A stretch of DNA of 64,000 nucleotides from Epiperipatus broadwayi (Eukaryota; Animalia; Onychophora). The translations under genes were made by a program, and so were the position numbers. Where the stretch lies: assembly GCA_028023455.1 (NCBI GenBank), contig JAQFVV010000006.1:9424001-9488000 (forward strand). Reading direction: 5' to 3'. The notes below the pieces were generated by a model. It made no database searches. It saw only the letters and a program-made list of their open reading frames with translations, and was not told where the DNA came from. Within the stretch, counting starts at the first letter, position 1. Each line of letters begins with the position of its first letter. Of the stretch, positions 1-13,779 are shown piece after piece.

Positions 1-174
1 TATTCATAGATTTATTAACTAAACTACCTTGCTATTTTATATTTCTGTATATAAAAAACAAACAAAGCTTATTCTTTGTTATTAATGATCAGTAACATCA
101 ATGAACGCTAATAGGGCCACTGATATCTGTGACTGAAATTAAAAAGCCTAAACCCAAAACTTAACCTCCATTAT

Positions 175-436
175 TAATTATTTGTTGGACTATTTTCATC
201 ATCCAATATTAAGTATTAAATGGCTTTCAAAAATTTTTCACTTTATTCAAACTTTCCAAATACATTCAACTGTTAGTAATAGCACAACGTTTCAAGTTGT
301 ATTATTCTTCTTTTTTCTTTGGGTGTTGCTGGCCTGACCAGTGACAGTATAAGCACGGGAATCGAACCACAATCTTCAGATTCATGAATATTGAAATTTT
401 AAGGTAACGTAACTAAGCTATTATGCCAAAGGCAAC
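175..436 (-). repeat. 3' pLTR of the Penelope remnant: tRNA-like head (B box GGTTCGATTCC) plus degraded HHR
   Basis: Reverse complement aligns by eye with 55235-55505 and with 900-1085. Confidence 0.7.
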
Positions 437-469
437 GACCAGTAGAAAAGTCATATACTTATCTATGAG

Positions 470-890
470 GGTCCTCAAGAATTTTTTACTTTTTTTTTAA
501 GAGCAAAGTTAATTAATGGCTTCCAGACATTATATATAGTTGACTTATGGGATTAATTGCTAATATTATGTGAGCAGCTCTTTTCAATTTTCCTTGTACT
601 TTTCCGTAATCATCCAATATTTTTGTATTTTTTTTAATCGAACATATGTCCAATGATACATATGTGGTCTGCTAATTTAAATATATATTTTCTGTTTTCT
701 AATCATCAGTTTGGCTCTTTTAATCACTTTTCAATGGGGTGTCTGGTCTCGCCAATATACACTCTCTCACATTGACATGTTATTCCATAAAAGCAATTTT
801 TGCTTTTCAGCATTTCAGGTTTAGGTTTTATAGATGTCAGAATTCCTCTTAGTGTGATATGACTTTGAAATGTTTTGATGTTATGTTCCA
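470..890 (-). mobile_element. Penelope-like element remnant, GIY-YIG endonuclease (degraded)
   Basis: The frame from 888 reads EHNIKTFQSHITLRGILTSIKPKPEMLKSKNCFYGITCQCERVYIGETRHPIEK*LKE, the PLE GIY-YIG signature (Y.I.C.C..VYIGET). It has in-frame stops and frameshifts. Confidence 0.85.
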
Positions 891-899
891 CCACAAAGT

Positions 900-1085
900 C
901 ATGCCAGCAACACTTGGAAAAGAGAGGAGAGTAACACCATTCAAAACATTGGGTTATATTCTAACCTGTGTGCCATTACTAACAACTGAATGCATTTGGA
1001 AAGTTTAAATCAAATATAAAATTTTCAAGACATTCAATATTTAATAGTAGATGATGGAGATAGTCCAACAAATAATTAATACTAA
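900..1085 (+). repeat. Inverted partial pLTR on the 5' side of the Penelope remnant
   Basis: gccagcaacac...ctaacc...gaatgcatttggaaagttt...gatagtccaacaaataattaat is an inverted copy of 175-330. Confidence 0.7.
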
Positions 1086-2995
1086 AACACCATCATATAT
1101 AGAGGCAAACCTCTCCATGTAGTAGTGATCATGTGACATTTAGTGGTTTAAAATGACATCATCACAGACCTTCAGATAAATATGACTTTTATTGTATGAA
1201 ATATGACGTATCCTTACAGTTTACTATTGGATCAACTGACAGTTCTTTTGGGTTCCAAATCAACCTCAAAAAATTAAAATCTTAATTATTCAATACCCGC
1301 TTCTCTTCCATCCTCAGGATTGTAATCTTTTCAAAAGTCTATTTATGTAGTATTTACTTATGATTCATATATAATAATCCTAATTAAAAATAAAATTTAG
1401 ATTAAGAAAGATTAAGTAATAATATCGCCCCTCAACACAAGCCAATCATTTGAACTTTTTGATTACGTTTACAGTTATTATGATTACCTTTTTTTATATT
1501 TTATTATTTAAATGTTATATATGTACAGTGCATAAGTAATTACAAATTCGTATTCTACATTCAAAAACAGTATACATTTTTATTTTGCAAAGTAATTTGA
1601 GATAATAAACTGATTTTAATAATTGTAAATCGGGAAAATTTCATTATTAGGAATAAGCTTGCAACTTAATAACTTCAAATATGCAGTTATCCAAGCAATT
1701 TGCATTCCACATTCCAAAAGATGCAACTGAGTGATAGAAGTATTAAATTCATCGGTCTTTTTCTGATGCGTAATGTCACCAATGCTGAAATAATAAGAAT
1801 AGCCCTTTTCTTAACTTTTTTCCTAATCATTTTGCTGTAACCGACAACCATGTCTGATCACAATCATATACTTGATAATTAGACATGCAAATAAGTATTG
1901 AAGATTATGTACAAACCAATTCAGATGATTTTAACTGACAATTATTAGACCAGTAAATTGATAAGTCAAAAATATAGAATTACTTATTGTATTAATACAA
2001 TCTAGTAACTACATTATTATTGTGAGCTCTAAGGCAGGTGTAGGTCATTTAATACCTAATTCAGCGCATGTATCTTTGGTTGTGGAAATCACCGGTCATC
2101 ATTTTTCTCATGATTTCATATGACGAGCTTCATACAATATCTTTCAGCGGCAATTTTTTCCTCCAACTAATCCTGCTCTGACTCATTCTTTTACGAGCCT
2201 CCATTTCTCAAGATTAATTCCAAAGTTGCGATATTCTAATCAAAATAATTGCTCACAACTTCCTAATAGTTTAACTTATTTTACCAATGATTGCTTAAAA
2301 ACAGTAAATACATTGACAGCTATTCTAATGTTCACTACAGTATTTATATTCTTTTGCCTTTTTGCTTAATCTACTTCGAATATAAATTATGATAAACATA
2401 TGTAATACATGAATTAATAGATCACCATTGCATTTAACTTTTGACATTAAATAATAACTAAATTACAGATCTTTCAATTATTGTCACGTAATCATTATCA
2501 ACGGCATATAAACATATAAAGGTTATATATATATATATTAACTCCCACAATGCACTATTTTGTGTTATTTCCCATACTTCCTAAATTTTCACATTAACTT
2601 CCTCTGTTAACAAATAGTTTATTTTATTCTTCTTTTCTCATTATTCTTCTGTTTGTATAATATTTTTATTTTATCCAAATCAAATAGAAATTGTCATTAA
2701 AGCGTGCAAAATAAATAATGCTCAAACACCTTCAGCATTTAACGGCCATGAAAATAAATGTAATGGATAATTTGTCTGTATTCACTTTGGATAAAATAAA
2801 AATATTATGTAAAGAGAATAAGTATTAATTTTTATTGTAGAAAACAATACTATATATGAGCAAAAAAAATTTATTCTATAAAAAAGATCAAGACATTACA
2901 TAATTTTACATCAATGCAGGAATGTTGCTGTCGACAGGTTCTACTGCATTCATCATGAATACCATTTCCTACGTTTACACTAGCTGTTAAAACAG

Positions 2996-3289
2996 TAGCA
3001 AACTTCTCCATACATTAGTGCCACTCAGTGCAAGCTAGAGTAATCAACAGATACAAGAAGGTTTGTGCATAAATATCTTATCTAGTGCCTATTCGTCCAA
3101 TATTCACCAGACTAGTTTCTAGTTTGTGGCTTTCATCAGTCAGGAGTGTTGGATCTGAGAGCACTGCACCTAGATCTGAGAATATTAAATAAGCAGACAC
3201 TAGATAAGAATTTTATGCACAAATCTTCTTATATTCCATTGATTGCTAAGGCTTCCACTGGGTGGCACTACTGTATGAAGAGTTTGCTA
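2996..3289. mobile_element. Family A foldback; HHR-like motif retained in the left arm only
   Basis: Inverted arms; minus strand CTGATGA aagccacaaacta GAAA CTAG TC at about 3110-3140. A shorter family A hairpin lies at 3566-3682. Confidence 0.75.
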
Positions 3290-4392
3290 ATGTTCTATTG
3301 CATTTCAATAGTTAAATGTGCAAAGATGTAAATATTGGATAAAATCATCAGACATTTGAATCTTTAAAGATTAATCAAGTGTTCTTTTTTAACCTAATAT
3401 AATATTTGTATGTATCTAATGCACGTGTAATAACATCAATCAAACGCTTAAGATTTTCTAGGTTTCCTGGATTAATTACTTCGCAAGATTAAAAATAATT
3501 CAACAATGCATCTCTTATTCCTTCCTCTCATGATCACTATTTTTTATGCTTGCTCTTAACTGTTATTAAAGCAGGCAAAATTCTCTATACATATTGCCTC
3601 TCAATGCACAAGCCTTCTGGTATCCATTGATTACTCTGACTTGCACTGAGTGGTAATATGTATAGAGAGTTTTGCCTGTTTTATTCCTTCCTGTCATATA
3701 AACTTACTATATCTATTCACAGGTTGCAGGAAACTTAATCAAACAGAAAACATAAATAATAGTTATTAATACATAATGGACATATATATTTGGTAAATTG
3801 TTTTTAAGTATTCAATCAATAGATGAAAAAAATATCAATTATTCCCCTACCCTTTCTGTTACTAACTTCATGTCAGCTTATTTTAAAATTAATCCCCTCC
3901 CCAATCTTTCTTTACAGAAATACACCTTTAAAAAGTTTACAGCTGCTACAGCATTTTCCAGAAAAAAAAAATAAAACATTTTAAAAACAAAAAGCATACA
4001 GGGCACTTTTATTCATTAAGTTTAATAACTTCTAAGCATTTATTTTACTTAATTTCAAATATAAGGGTATGATGGTTTATTTTTATTTACTGCTTTTAAT
4101 GCAAGAGTATTCAAAACTAAATAAAAAATATTACTCAAGTAAATCATAACTCATGTTAAAATAATAATAAAAAAGTCTAATGATGATGAACATGTTTAGA
4201 ATCTCCCTCACAATTTTGTACATATTTTAAGTTGTCAAATTTTCAGTACCTAGTTTTAATAGTATTGTATCTGTACAACCACCATTTGAAAACAAAAGTA
4301 AAAATAATGATTACTGATTGCAAAGCAACAATAATTATATAATCTAAAAAAAGAAGCCATATTTCAATAAACATTACATAAGCTATTCTTAC

Positions 4393-4401
4393 CTCTAGAC
4401 C
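4393..4401 (-). CDS. LIMK1: Candidate 9-nt alternative microexon GGTCTAGAG (adds Gly-Ser-Arg after the gatekeeper Thr)
   Basis: Minus strand reads ctttttttttaacAG GGTCTAGAG GTAAGAAT: strong acceptor and donor, frame-preserving, 99 nt after the preceding exon. No transcript support available. Confidence 0.55.
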
Positions 4402-4495
4402 CTGTTAAAAAAAAAGATTTAATTAAATCGGAGTAAAAAAAAACAACAGTGTGTCAAATGTAATTTTTAAATATAGACAATTATACAATAGATTA

Positions 4496-4588
<93 letters not shown>

Positions 4589-5109
4589 CTAGTTAGCAAA
4601 AATATATTACACTGCATTAAGAAAGTAAAAAAAAAAATGTCAGTTTGGTAAAACTGAATAGAAATATGCTTAATATCTCACTTTGACAATCAAATATCAC
4701 ATGACCTCTAGAGCAAATGACTATTTGATTATTTTTCAGTGATTAAAGTTACATTTTATTGAATATTATTTAAGATAATGCATTACGTTTTCAAGACATT
4801 TTATAAAATAGGTATAAAAATGTAGTAATAAAAATATGGAAAAAAAAATAGAATTAAATATTAAAAAAATTATATTAAAAGTTTTCATCTATTTTTTACT
4901 ATTATATTAATAATTCAAATTTACAAACATTTGTTTGTCTGCGTAATGAAGTAGTTTCTTTTTTCTTTATAATTACATGCTAATTCACTTTCGGTAGAAA
5001 TCACTTCATTACATAGACAAATTTGAATTAGAAATACAAACGAAGGAAGAAAAAAAATCAATATTATATTATTAATAATAACAAATCATTCCTTTTTCAG
5101 CTTACAGAA

Positions 5110-5295
5110 TATAGGATAAAAACAAGAGCAACTCTCTACTCTAGCGCCACCTACTGCAAGTTTGAGTATCAGTAATCATCAGATGCTCTATAAGATTTTA
5201 AAATGCAATAGGGTATCTGGTAATCAATGATTACTCAAGCTTACAATAGATGGTGCTAGAGTAGGGGAGATGCTTTTGTTTTACTACTATACTTC
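5110..5295. repeat. Foldback family F with AGCGCCA(C/T)CTA (CTCF-like) motifs in both arms
   Basis: ctctactctAGCGCCACCTActgcaagtttgagt ... actcaagcttacaaTAGATGGTGCTagagtaggggag. Relatives at 6810, 12000, 17180, 37020-37210, 39030, 47790 and 59280. Confidence 0.7.
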
Positions 5296-5605
5296 TAAGC
5301 TACTTAATAATTTGATTTTATTTGCAATTGTTTTTATATTACTTTATCTATAGTTTTTATATGACTTTATCTATATATATGCGTTGAATATTGTGATCTT
5401 ATATTATAGCTATGAAGTGAGATACTAGTCCCTTTTAGAGTTATAATATTAATTTAATTTTACTAAAAATGGTCAAGTAATCAATATACTTTCTGTTGCA
5501 CTAATTAAAAATAGCAATATTTCATTTAAAAAAATAATCAAAACAAATATAAATTTTTTATGTTTACACATATAGAACTCCTGAGTAAAAGTTAACTGGA
5601 AATAC

Positions 5606-5692
5606 CTCTTTTAAAAAGTTTTTCTGAGCCTCTCCATCAACTCGATAGAGCTCTTTTAAAACCATTACTTCACCCGTTTCTCTATGTGTCAC
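5606..5692 (-). CDS. LIMK1: LIM kinase exon: beta3/alphaC ([29 protein letters not shown])
   Basis: [14 protein letters not shown] and FLKE match LIMK1. tttcAG acceptor and GTATTT donor; 87 nt, phase 0 to phase 0. Confidence 0.96.
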
Positions 5693-7862
5693 CTGAAATA
5701 AATAAAAAACCATCAATAATTACAAAAAAACAATCCAATACATTTTTTTAAAAATAATTTTAAAACGGTTAGTCATTTAGAGAGAACATTTGCAATACTC
5801 CTTTTTCCAACCAATCACAATTCAACAGAGTCAGTGATTAGAACAGTGAACAATGGCTATTAAACTAAAATTACTTCAATTCTACCAAAAAAAAAGGAAG
5901 GCGGGGAAGGGATAGAATATATATATTTATTTAACATAAATGAATTATTATTTTTTTTAAACTATTAACAATTATTGTAAAGAAATTCGCTAGCGACTGT
6001 AGGTCATGGTTTGTATTTGACATCTATAAAAATTGCCGTCTTTTACATTCCATTTATGAAACAGATGAACATAATAATAATGGATTTTACCTGCATCTAC
6101 TGAGATTTCAATAATGTTTAGAAAGGTCAAATTCTGCTAGCTCTACTGATGGATTTGAAATAAAAAACTTTTTTGAAATTGCATAAAATTTCCGTTCGTA
6201 AACTATAATTCCTATGTTGTTTGAAGGAATTCTTAGTTGTATACATTCCAGTATTAACACATGACAAAAATATTTCTGTACTATTTAATTAAAATCACTC
6301 TAATTGAAGTACTAACATTCAAAAAATTAAAAGTTCCTACAGCTAATGAATAATTAAATTCATTAAAATCTACCGTTGGCGATTTAGTTGCAGCTCTACA
6401 TAGTTTGGAGAAACAAACTAACTTTGGTTCAAAACCTTAAATTGTAGAAACTTTCAGGTCATTAGCTTAAATAGCTTAATACAAAATAAAAATAGCTGTT
6501 AGATGGATATGTCTGATCTATTAGAATATATTACAAACCAGATTCTAAAGAGCCATGTGTCTATTAAAAACAGTTCTGAAAAGATTTATACAATCTTTTT
6601 TTATATATTTTAAGTAATAAACTTTAAAGATTTATACATTCTTAGATCACTTTTTTATATCTCTTTTTGTTGATAAATAAAGCAGATCGGACAAAGACAA
6701 GTGGGAATTTGTGACTGGCTAAAGAAGCATCAACAACTTTAAATATTAATAATATACCCTAACTTTCTTACTGGCTTTTTCCTAAGCTTTCAATAGCAGT
6801 TCTCTTCCCCTATTCTAGCGCCATCTATTCCAAGTTTGGAATATATACTATAGTGTCGTATCATCCCCATTCCCAGACCGATTTCTATCTTTCACTTTCT
6901 TCAGAGAAGATTAGAATTCAAAGCTGTGACTAATGCATCTATGCATCTAACCGAAACCTTTCATTTCTTTATGCTATTCAAGCTAATAATTTGAAACTCG
7001 TAGAAAAAAAAAATCCTAACATTATAGAAGATAGGTTCTAGAATAGGCTGGTGAGGACTGCTCTTGGAACTTTAAATTTTCCCAAGTCACATAGCTGAAA
7101 ATATAAAAGATCATGAAATTCTCATTAAAAAAGTTAACGTTATTAAATGTGTATAAAAAAAAAAAAAATTGTGATGATAGAATCATAAGCTAACTTCGAA
7201 ACTGATAATAAAAATATAGAAAAGACTGATGATTTTCACTTCCTTGAATCGTTCAGGAACAAAAAAATCCAGTAATTTTGAGACTAGTCGCAAACTAATG
7301 TTGGACAGAGGTGCAATGAAATTAAAGATTTTTAAAAGGAGACGTATAATTTAAAAATGAAGATCGAAATTTTTTAAAACTATGTATGGCATTTTCAGTA
7401 ATAACGAAAAAGCTTATATTATATATATTGATGTTTTAAAGCTGTGCCGCTACTGAAAACTTACGAGAATTCCATGTATGGCAAGGAAACCAAATATGTA
7501 GATATTTAATCATACAAAACTTGAATTCTCACATGATCATACCATGAGACAAATTAAACTCGTTAGTTAAGTGCATAATATATAGAAAAGAAAAAAGCAA
7601 ATGGACTTCATTATTGAAATAACAAGTTTACCACTTAGCAATCCAAAAAAATCAATAGATGATTGACCGGATTCGACTTGGAAATGGCTTCACCAATAAT
7701 AATTAAATAACCAGTGAGACAGAAAAGACTATTTTTCTGATTCGGTAAATTTTCAATTAATTTTACTACTGATATAACTTTTCATATTAATGTACAAGCA
7801 TGGATGTAGATAAAAACTTTATTAATTAAGCCCATGTAATAGAAAATAAAGGGTTTACAAAC

Positions 7863-8031
7863 CTTGAACACCTGTCCAAAGAAGCCCTTGCCCAGTAATT
7901 CTCCTTGAACAAGATCTGAAGGTCGAAAAATTCGATGAGTCTGAGGTTTATACCTAAATGATTGTGCTCGTAATAAATCATGCACTCGGCATTTCATGGG
8001 AGATTCCTGCTGGCAACCTGAAGGACTGCAG
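7863..8031 (-). CDS. LIMK1: LIM kinase exon: linker and kinase Gly-rich loop (...RAQSFR...HRIFRPSDLVQGELLGKGFFGQVFK)
   Basis: HRIFRPSDL..GE.LGKGFFGQ is LIMK-specific. AG/GT flanks; 169 nt, phase 2 to phase 0. Confidence 0.95.
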
Positions 8032-8214
8032 CTAAAATTAAAAGTAAAAAAAAAAAGATTTGTAAAATAGATCCCTAATAGAAAATAGTTTATTTACAAA
8101 ACAAATGTTAATAAATTCTAAAACATTCTTGATAAAACACGTACCTATACTGCCGCCGATTCATTCAACAAGCACATTTCCCACACAAACTTGCAAATGA
8201 TTATCATTTTTATA

Positions 8215-8470
8215 ACTCTTATCTTTCTTATTGCATTGCCAAATCCATGTAATAATAATGTCATCTTTGCTTTAGATTACTTCATACAATGTTTTTTTTA
8301 CAACTATGACGGTTTCGATTGCACCAGCAATTTTCTTCAGAATTTCTATATAAGTAGAAGTTCTGAAGAAGATTGCTGGGACAATCAAAACCATCATAGT
8401 GAGTTGTAAAAAAGCATTGTAAAAAGTAATAACAAACATAGATGATATTAATATTATTAATATTATCATT
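8215..8470. repeat. Family C foldback: one minus plus one plus HHR monomer
   Basis: Minus strand: CTGAAGA A AATTGCTGGTGCAATC GAAA CCG TC. The plus copy at 8363-8395 has GAAA mutated to AAAA. Confidence 0.75.
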
Positions 8471-9745
8471 TTAAATAAATATATTAACTGTCATACTATA
8501 TTTTAGCCTAGATATAGTTATCAAATCTACTTCATTAAAAATCAATATAGAACTAATTATTAACTATAGATATAAAATCATATTAATTTAATATCTTTCG
8601 CCTTTGTTGTCAATATTTAAATACATATCATCTATTCACGGAGCAACCAAGTTCAAAAACGTTACAATGACAATTCACATGCCAGAACCCCGAAGAATCA
8701 TTTACATGAACTTCATTCAAGATTAAAAATGTTCATAATCTAAAGAGTTTTAAGCGACAATGTTTTTAATTCAATCCTTCACATGGTCAATTGTATTCTA
8801 TTTTATAGATGAATCACTTTGGAACACATTATTATCACTACAACAAAGTTAAATTCTCGAATTTAGTAAATTTGAAAAATTTCTTATTTAATTTTAAGAA
8901 ATATAATATATATAAAATATTTTATAAATGTTTTTACTTACTGTGCACTAAAAAGCCAAAAATAATTGTTTTTTTTTAAAACTACAATTGGAATTTTTAC
9001 GTTTAACTTGAAATAATAACAAGGAGTGTCCAGAAATTAATTAATTCAATCAATAGTACAACCCATGATTTTATTTCAGGTTAAATATAAAACCCTCAAT
9101 TGTGATTAAAGAAAACAAGTATTTGTGGCTTTTTAATAGCACAACAAATAAATATGTTTATTTATAAAATATTTTTTATATATACTATTTTTAACTTTTT
9201 AGTATTCGGATATTTTTTAGTAATTATTTTTATCTAAAATGAAAAAGAAAAACAATATTAGAGACTGTATAATACTTGAAAGAAAATTTGTAACGCTTTA
9301 AAAATAGATTCTAATATCTGTTTATGAAAGGAGCGTTTTTAAAAAAGTAACTTTTACAATCAAGAAAAATTAAGATTTGCTTTTATTTCTATTTTATTGA
9401 TATATTAACATTTTTTTAGTGTCAGCAGTTTTTAAATAAAAGCGTTTAAAAAAATATATCAATCTTTTGCATGCATCACCACTTACTGAACGGAGATCAA
9501 TGGACTTGAAATTCAGTCCTCCAACATCATTACAATAAATAAACAACTGGAGAACCCTGAAATATTTCACTGTCATATTGCATAGTGATCGATTTCTAGC
9601 ATATGTACAAAATTTGAAGAAATCTATTTGATAGAAGTATGTTAAAAATCGATTACAAAATTTATCCTAATCAAATAAAAAATTACTATGTTAAATAAAA
9701 GTGTTTCATAATACAAATTTTATACAGATAAAAAAAAAAAATTAC

Positions 9746-9951
9746 CCAGCTAATACTCTTGGAAGTGAGGAAGACCTTTCGCGGCGCATACGGCGATGAC
9801 TGGTTCTTCCTCGAACATGATTATCCTCATTGGAATGGCGGCGTGAGAAGGCAGGACTATCTGAAGCAGAGAACTGCCGGGCAGGCTGACTAGGATCATG
9901 CTCAATAGTAAGCTGTAAAACTTTTGATGTACTCTTGATCAGCTCTTCAAG
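9746..9951 (-). CDS. LIMK1: LIM kinase exon: PDZ end and S/R-rich linker (LEELIKSTSKVLQLTIEHDP...RERSSSLPRVLAG)
   Basis: LQLTIEHDP is the LIMK PDZ terminus. Open frame, AG/GT flanks, locally GC-richer; 206 nt, phase 0 to phase 2. Confidence 0.92.
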
Positions 9952-10754
9952 CTATTATGAAATATATATATATATATATTATTATTTAAATCAAATAAAA
10001 TGTCCATTATAGATTAATCATTGTAATAATAATAAAACAACAAAGTATTAATGGTAATAATAAGTTTTACAAAGAACTATTAGAAAATAGAGAAGTACTT
10101 TTGGTTAGTTTCATAGCCATCTTCAATTGAAAATCTTTTGAATCTGCAGAAGAAAACATTATCATGTGATATCCCATAATTCATGAATTTTAGCATTCAC
10201 ACTTTGTCTAATTTAATTGAAGATTTCTATTTTTATTTATTAAAATTGCCTCTTTGGGTTTTCTTTTATTATGGTTTCTTTCCTCATGAAGACGTCTAGT
10301 ATTTACCAGGTTGAAATTATAAATAAAATCACATTTTTTCATTCTCGAAGAAAACAGATGCTTAGATTAACTTGATGCTATTCTTAATTCTTATTCATTT
10401 ACATAAAGTATTCTTCAATACTATAACTCGATTCACTTATGTACGAAGCCTTGCACTTACATGAAATTTGATAAACAATATTATTTTTTTTGTTTCAAAT
10501 GTATAGACATTTTTTGAATTATTTATTACTATTATGTGAAACAACAAAATTAAGCATTATATAACTGTCTATCCATATTTCCAATAAAATTAGCTTGAGC
10601 ATTTAAAACATATGAAATAGATACCCATTTTTCATTGTTAACTTCCTGCTAAATTGATATAAAGTATAGCAAAGTTGTTTATTTATTATACCTAACTTCA
10701 ATCACAGATATACAATTCATAAAATAATATCTTCACTTGTTTAAGGATATAATT

Positions 10755-11505
10755 AAAAAGAAAGAATTTCCACCTTTAATATATACGCTGCACTGATCTT
10801 CTAATAGCTCAATGATGTCATGTTGAGTACTGAGAATGCTCTCAACCTCAAACAAAAGATAGAGGCTTTTGAAAAGATAAGAACGGCCTTCTTATCTTTA
10901 AACCTACATTTTAATTATGTAGGCCAATCTGAAATGTCTTGGCTTGAGAGCATGAAGACATTTCTCTATTTACTTTTACATCCATTACTTTCTTTCACAT
11001 ATTAACGGTCGCGAAGTTTTTCAATTCACTACATGTTAATATTACGAATTCTTAGAAACTATGTAATATTCAAATGTATTTACTCAGCATATGTAATTAA
11101 AGAGAAGGATTTTCCACCTTTAATATATGCATCGTACTGAACTTATAATAGCTCAACGATGTTATGTTGAGTACTGAGGATACTCTCAAACACAGGAGGG
11201 AGATTTTTGAAAAGAACAGCTTTACACCTACATTCTAATTATATAAGCCAATCTGAAGCTTCTTAGTTTGAGAGTATGAAGATGTTTCTCTATTCATTTT
11301 TACATCCATTATTTTCTTTCATGCTTCAGATTGACCTATATAATTATAATGTAGGTTTAAAGATAAGATGGCCACTATTATCTTTTCAAAAGTCTTAATC
11401 TTGTATTTGAGAGCAATCGTAGTACTCGGCATAACATCGTTCAGCTATTATAAGATTAGTACAGTGCATACATTAAAGGTAGAAATCTTTTCTCTATAAT
11501 TACAT
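10755..11505. repeat. Foldback repeat with a duplicated left arm (family B)
   Basis: 10755-11000 is directly repeated at 11100-11330 and inverted at 11340-11505. Confidence 0.75.
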
Positions 11506-13779
11506 ATGATCTCTGCAGTTAGTAAATAAATTAAGAATATAATGAATAAATGTTTCAGAAGCAGATTTTTTTAATTCTGCCCCAAAACTATCTACTACAG
11601 ACTTGAATAACTAACAGATACTAAATGATAGTACTTTTAAATCTACCTCTCATACTATCTTACCCATAAGAATAATTTCCGTTTATGTCAGTGAGGTTTT
11701 GGACTTCTTTATCAAACCCTTTAACCTATAGTTCCTTTTCTCCACCACCCCTCTGTTACATCTTTTTTTAAAATACAATTATAAAAAAAAAAATTTAAAA
11801 AAAACTCCTTAATATTCTGAATCCACAACTTCTTTAGATATGAATAAATAATTCAAATAACTATTATATTTTAATATCCCATTTTTTGAACGATTTTTAC
11901 TTTTTATTGTTGTTTAGAATGTTGAATACCAACAAGCATTATATGATTACTCGTACTTGCATATAAGGTAAGCTGTTTGAAATAATTTTCTTCACACTAT
12001 TCCAGCGCCATCTATTGTGAAGATGCTATCACCTAATATCCGTGATACTCTTTAAGACAAGATATTCTAGATAAAATGAAAAGAATTGTTTCTAACAGCA
12101 TACATCATATATGCAACCAGAGATAGTCATGTGATATTTGCTAATATATATATCCAGAGAGAAATGTAAACAAATTTTAAATAACTTACTGTAGAATACT
12201 TTCTGATCCACTCCCCCAAAAGAAAAATTGAAAGTGAAGATATTATTCGCTTAAACTAATCAATTCCTTACTAATGGGGATTTTACTGATTTGCAATATC
12301 CTTTTACCAACCAAGAATTAAATGGCTAGTTATACTGGCTGCAAACTAACACCATGGAAATTATAGAATGAAAATATATGTTTTTTTTTATGTATGTATA
12401 AAACTGTGCATTTAGTAAAACACTCTGACTTAAGAACAAACAATGGCATGTGATTACAATATCAACACGTACACAGTATAAATATTGCTTATAATACTTC
12501 TTTCATATACACTTCAATGCAAACAAATTTTCTTAAAAAACTTCTTTATTTTCCTTACAGTTTCGACTGTCCAGCAGTCTTCATCTCTGCTCTGATGAAG
12601 ACTACTGGTCAGTCAAAACTGTAAAGAAAATAAAGAAGTGTTTTAAGAAAATTTGTTTGCATTGAAGTGTGTATGAAGATAAGCAAAGAAAGTGAAAGAG
12701 AAAAATAAGAGAATACTACATGTACACAGTAGCTTGAGTTTTTTTTAACTTCTTTATGCATCATACAACAATATAAATTTGTGATTACTTCTTAATTTTA
12801 AAATATAACAAGAATTGCTCTGAGGTTTATCTTTTGCTGTTCAAAGATTTTCACAAATGTGTAGTCATCCGAAAGGAGGACCATAAGAAAGTCACTTAAT
12901 ATAAGTTCCAGGATCAGATTGCGACCGTGTATCAATTGGACAAGTTCTTTTAGCAAAAAAAGAAAACATCAGAGATGTATTAATTAAAATATAAATTTAA
13001 TATATAAAATAATAGTGGTTTCTGACCCTTAATTATTCAGATCATAGGTGGCATGCAAGCATAAATCCTGGATGTAAATAATGGACAATAATAAGACTAC
13101 CAATAATTATTTAAATGAGCATGTAAATAATTCTACAGCCTATCAAACATGTAACAATAAGAATATAAATCTATTTCTTAAAATAAACAAGGGTGAATAC
13201 ATTTCTAAGACAAATTACAAGCAAGATTTTGACAGAATTATTTAAATAGACTTGTAAATGACAACCGTATTTTATTATATCAAAGCCAATGTATTTTATT
13301 GGCGAAAATATGTGACAAAATAGATTAGCATCGATATAACAAAAGATGTTATTTACAGGTTTATTAATTGATTCCATGGAAATCTTCTTTTAAATTGCCT
13401 TAGTAACGTATTCGAACTTGTGAGATTCATAAAATAGGCAATCTATAAATAAAGTGCTAAAAAGGCTAAAGTAATGTTTAATGGATTTTCTCAGAAAAAG
13501 AAAATAAAAATTGATACAGAAGAACAACTACCAATACCTCGGACAATAACAATGAATGAAATTAATTATAGAATTAAAATTGACTGAAGTGCTTTTCATA
13601 GAAATAACGAAATATTAAATGAAAAATATGTTTGTGTATTTGAAAACAAAGGTTTCCAATAAATGTGTTTTAGCAATTCTCAGATTTGGACACTTAAAAA
13701 AAAAAAAAGAGTACAAAGATTTCGGATCACTCAATGAAGTATGAACAGACAGGGATAACAAGAAGAGATTAAAAATGAA

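Noticed and set aside
875-900. GGTGGAACA (Gly-Gly-Thr) as the next kinase exon (EYIxGGTL)
   Set aside because: Followed by a stop, has no acceptor, and overlaps the Penelope remnant; the remaining kinase exons are probably beyond position 1.
10755-11505. Hammerhead in foldback family B
   Set aside because: No CTGANGA/GAAA pair with valid stems was found on either strand.
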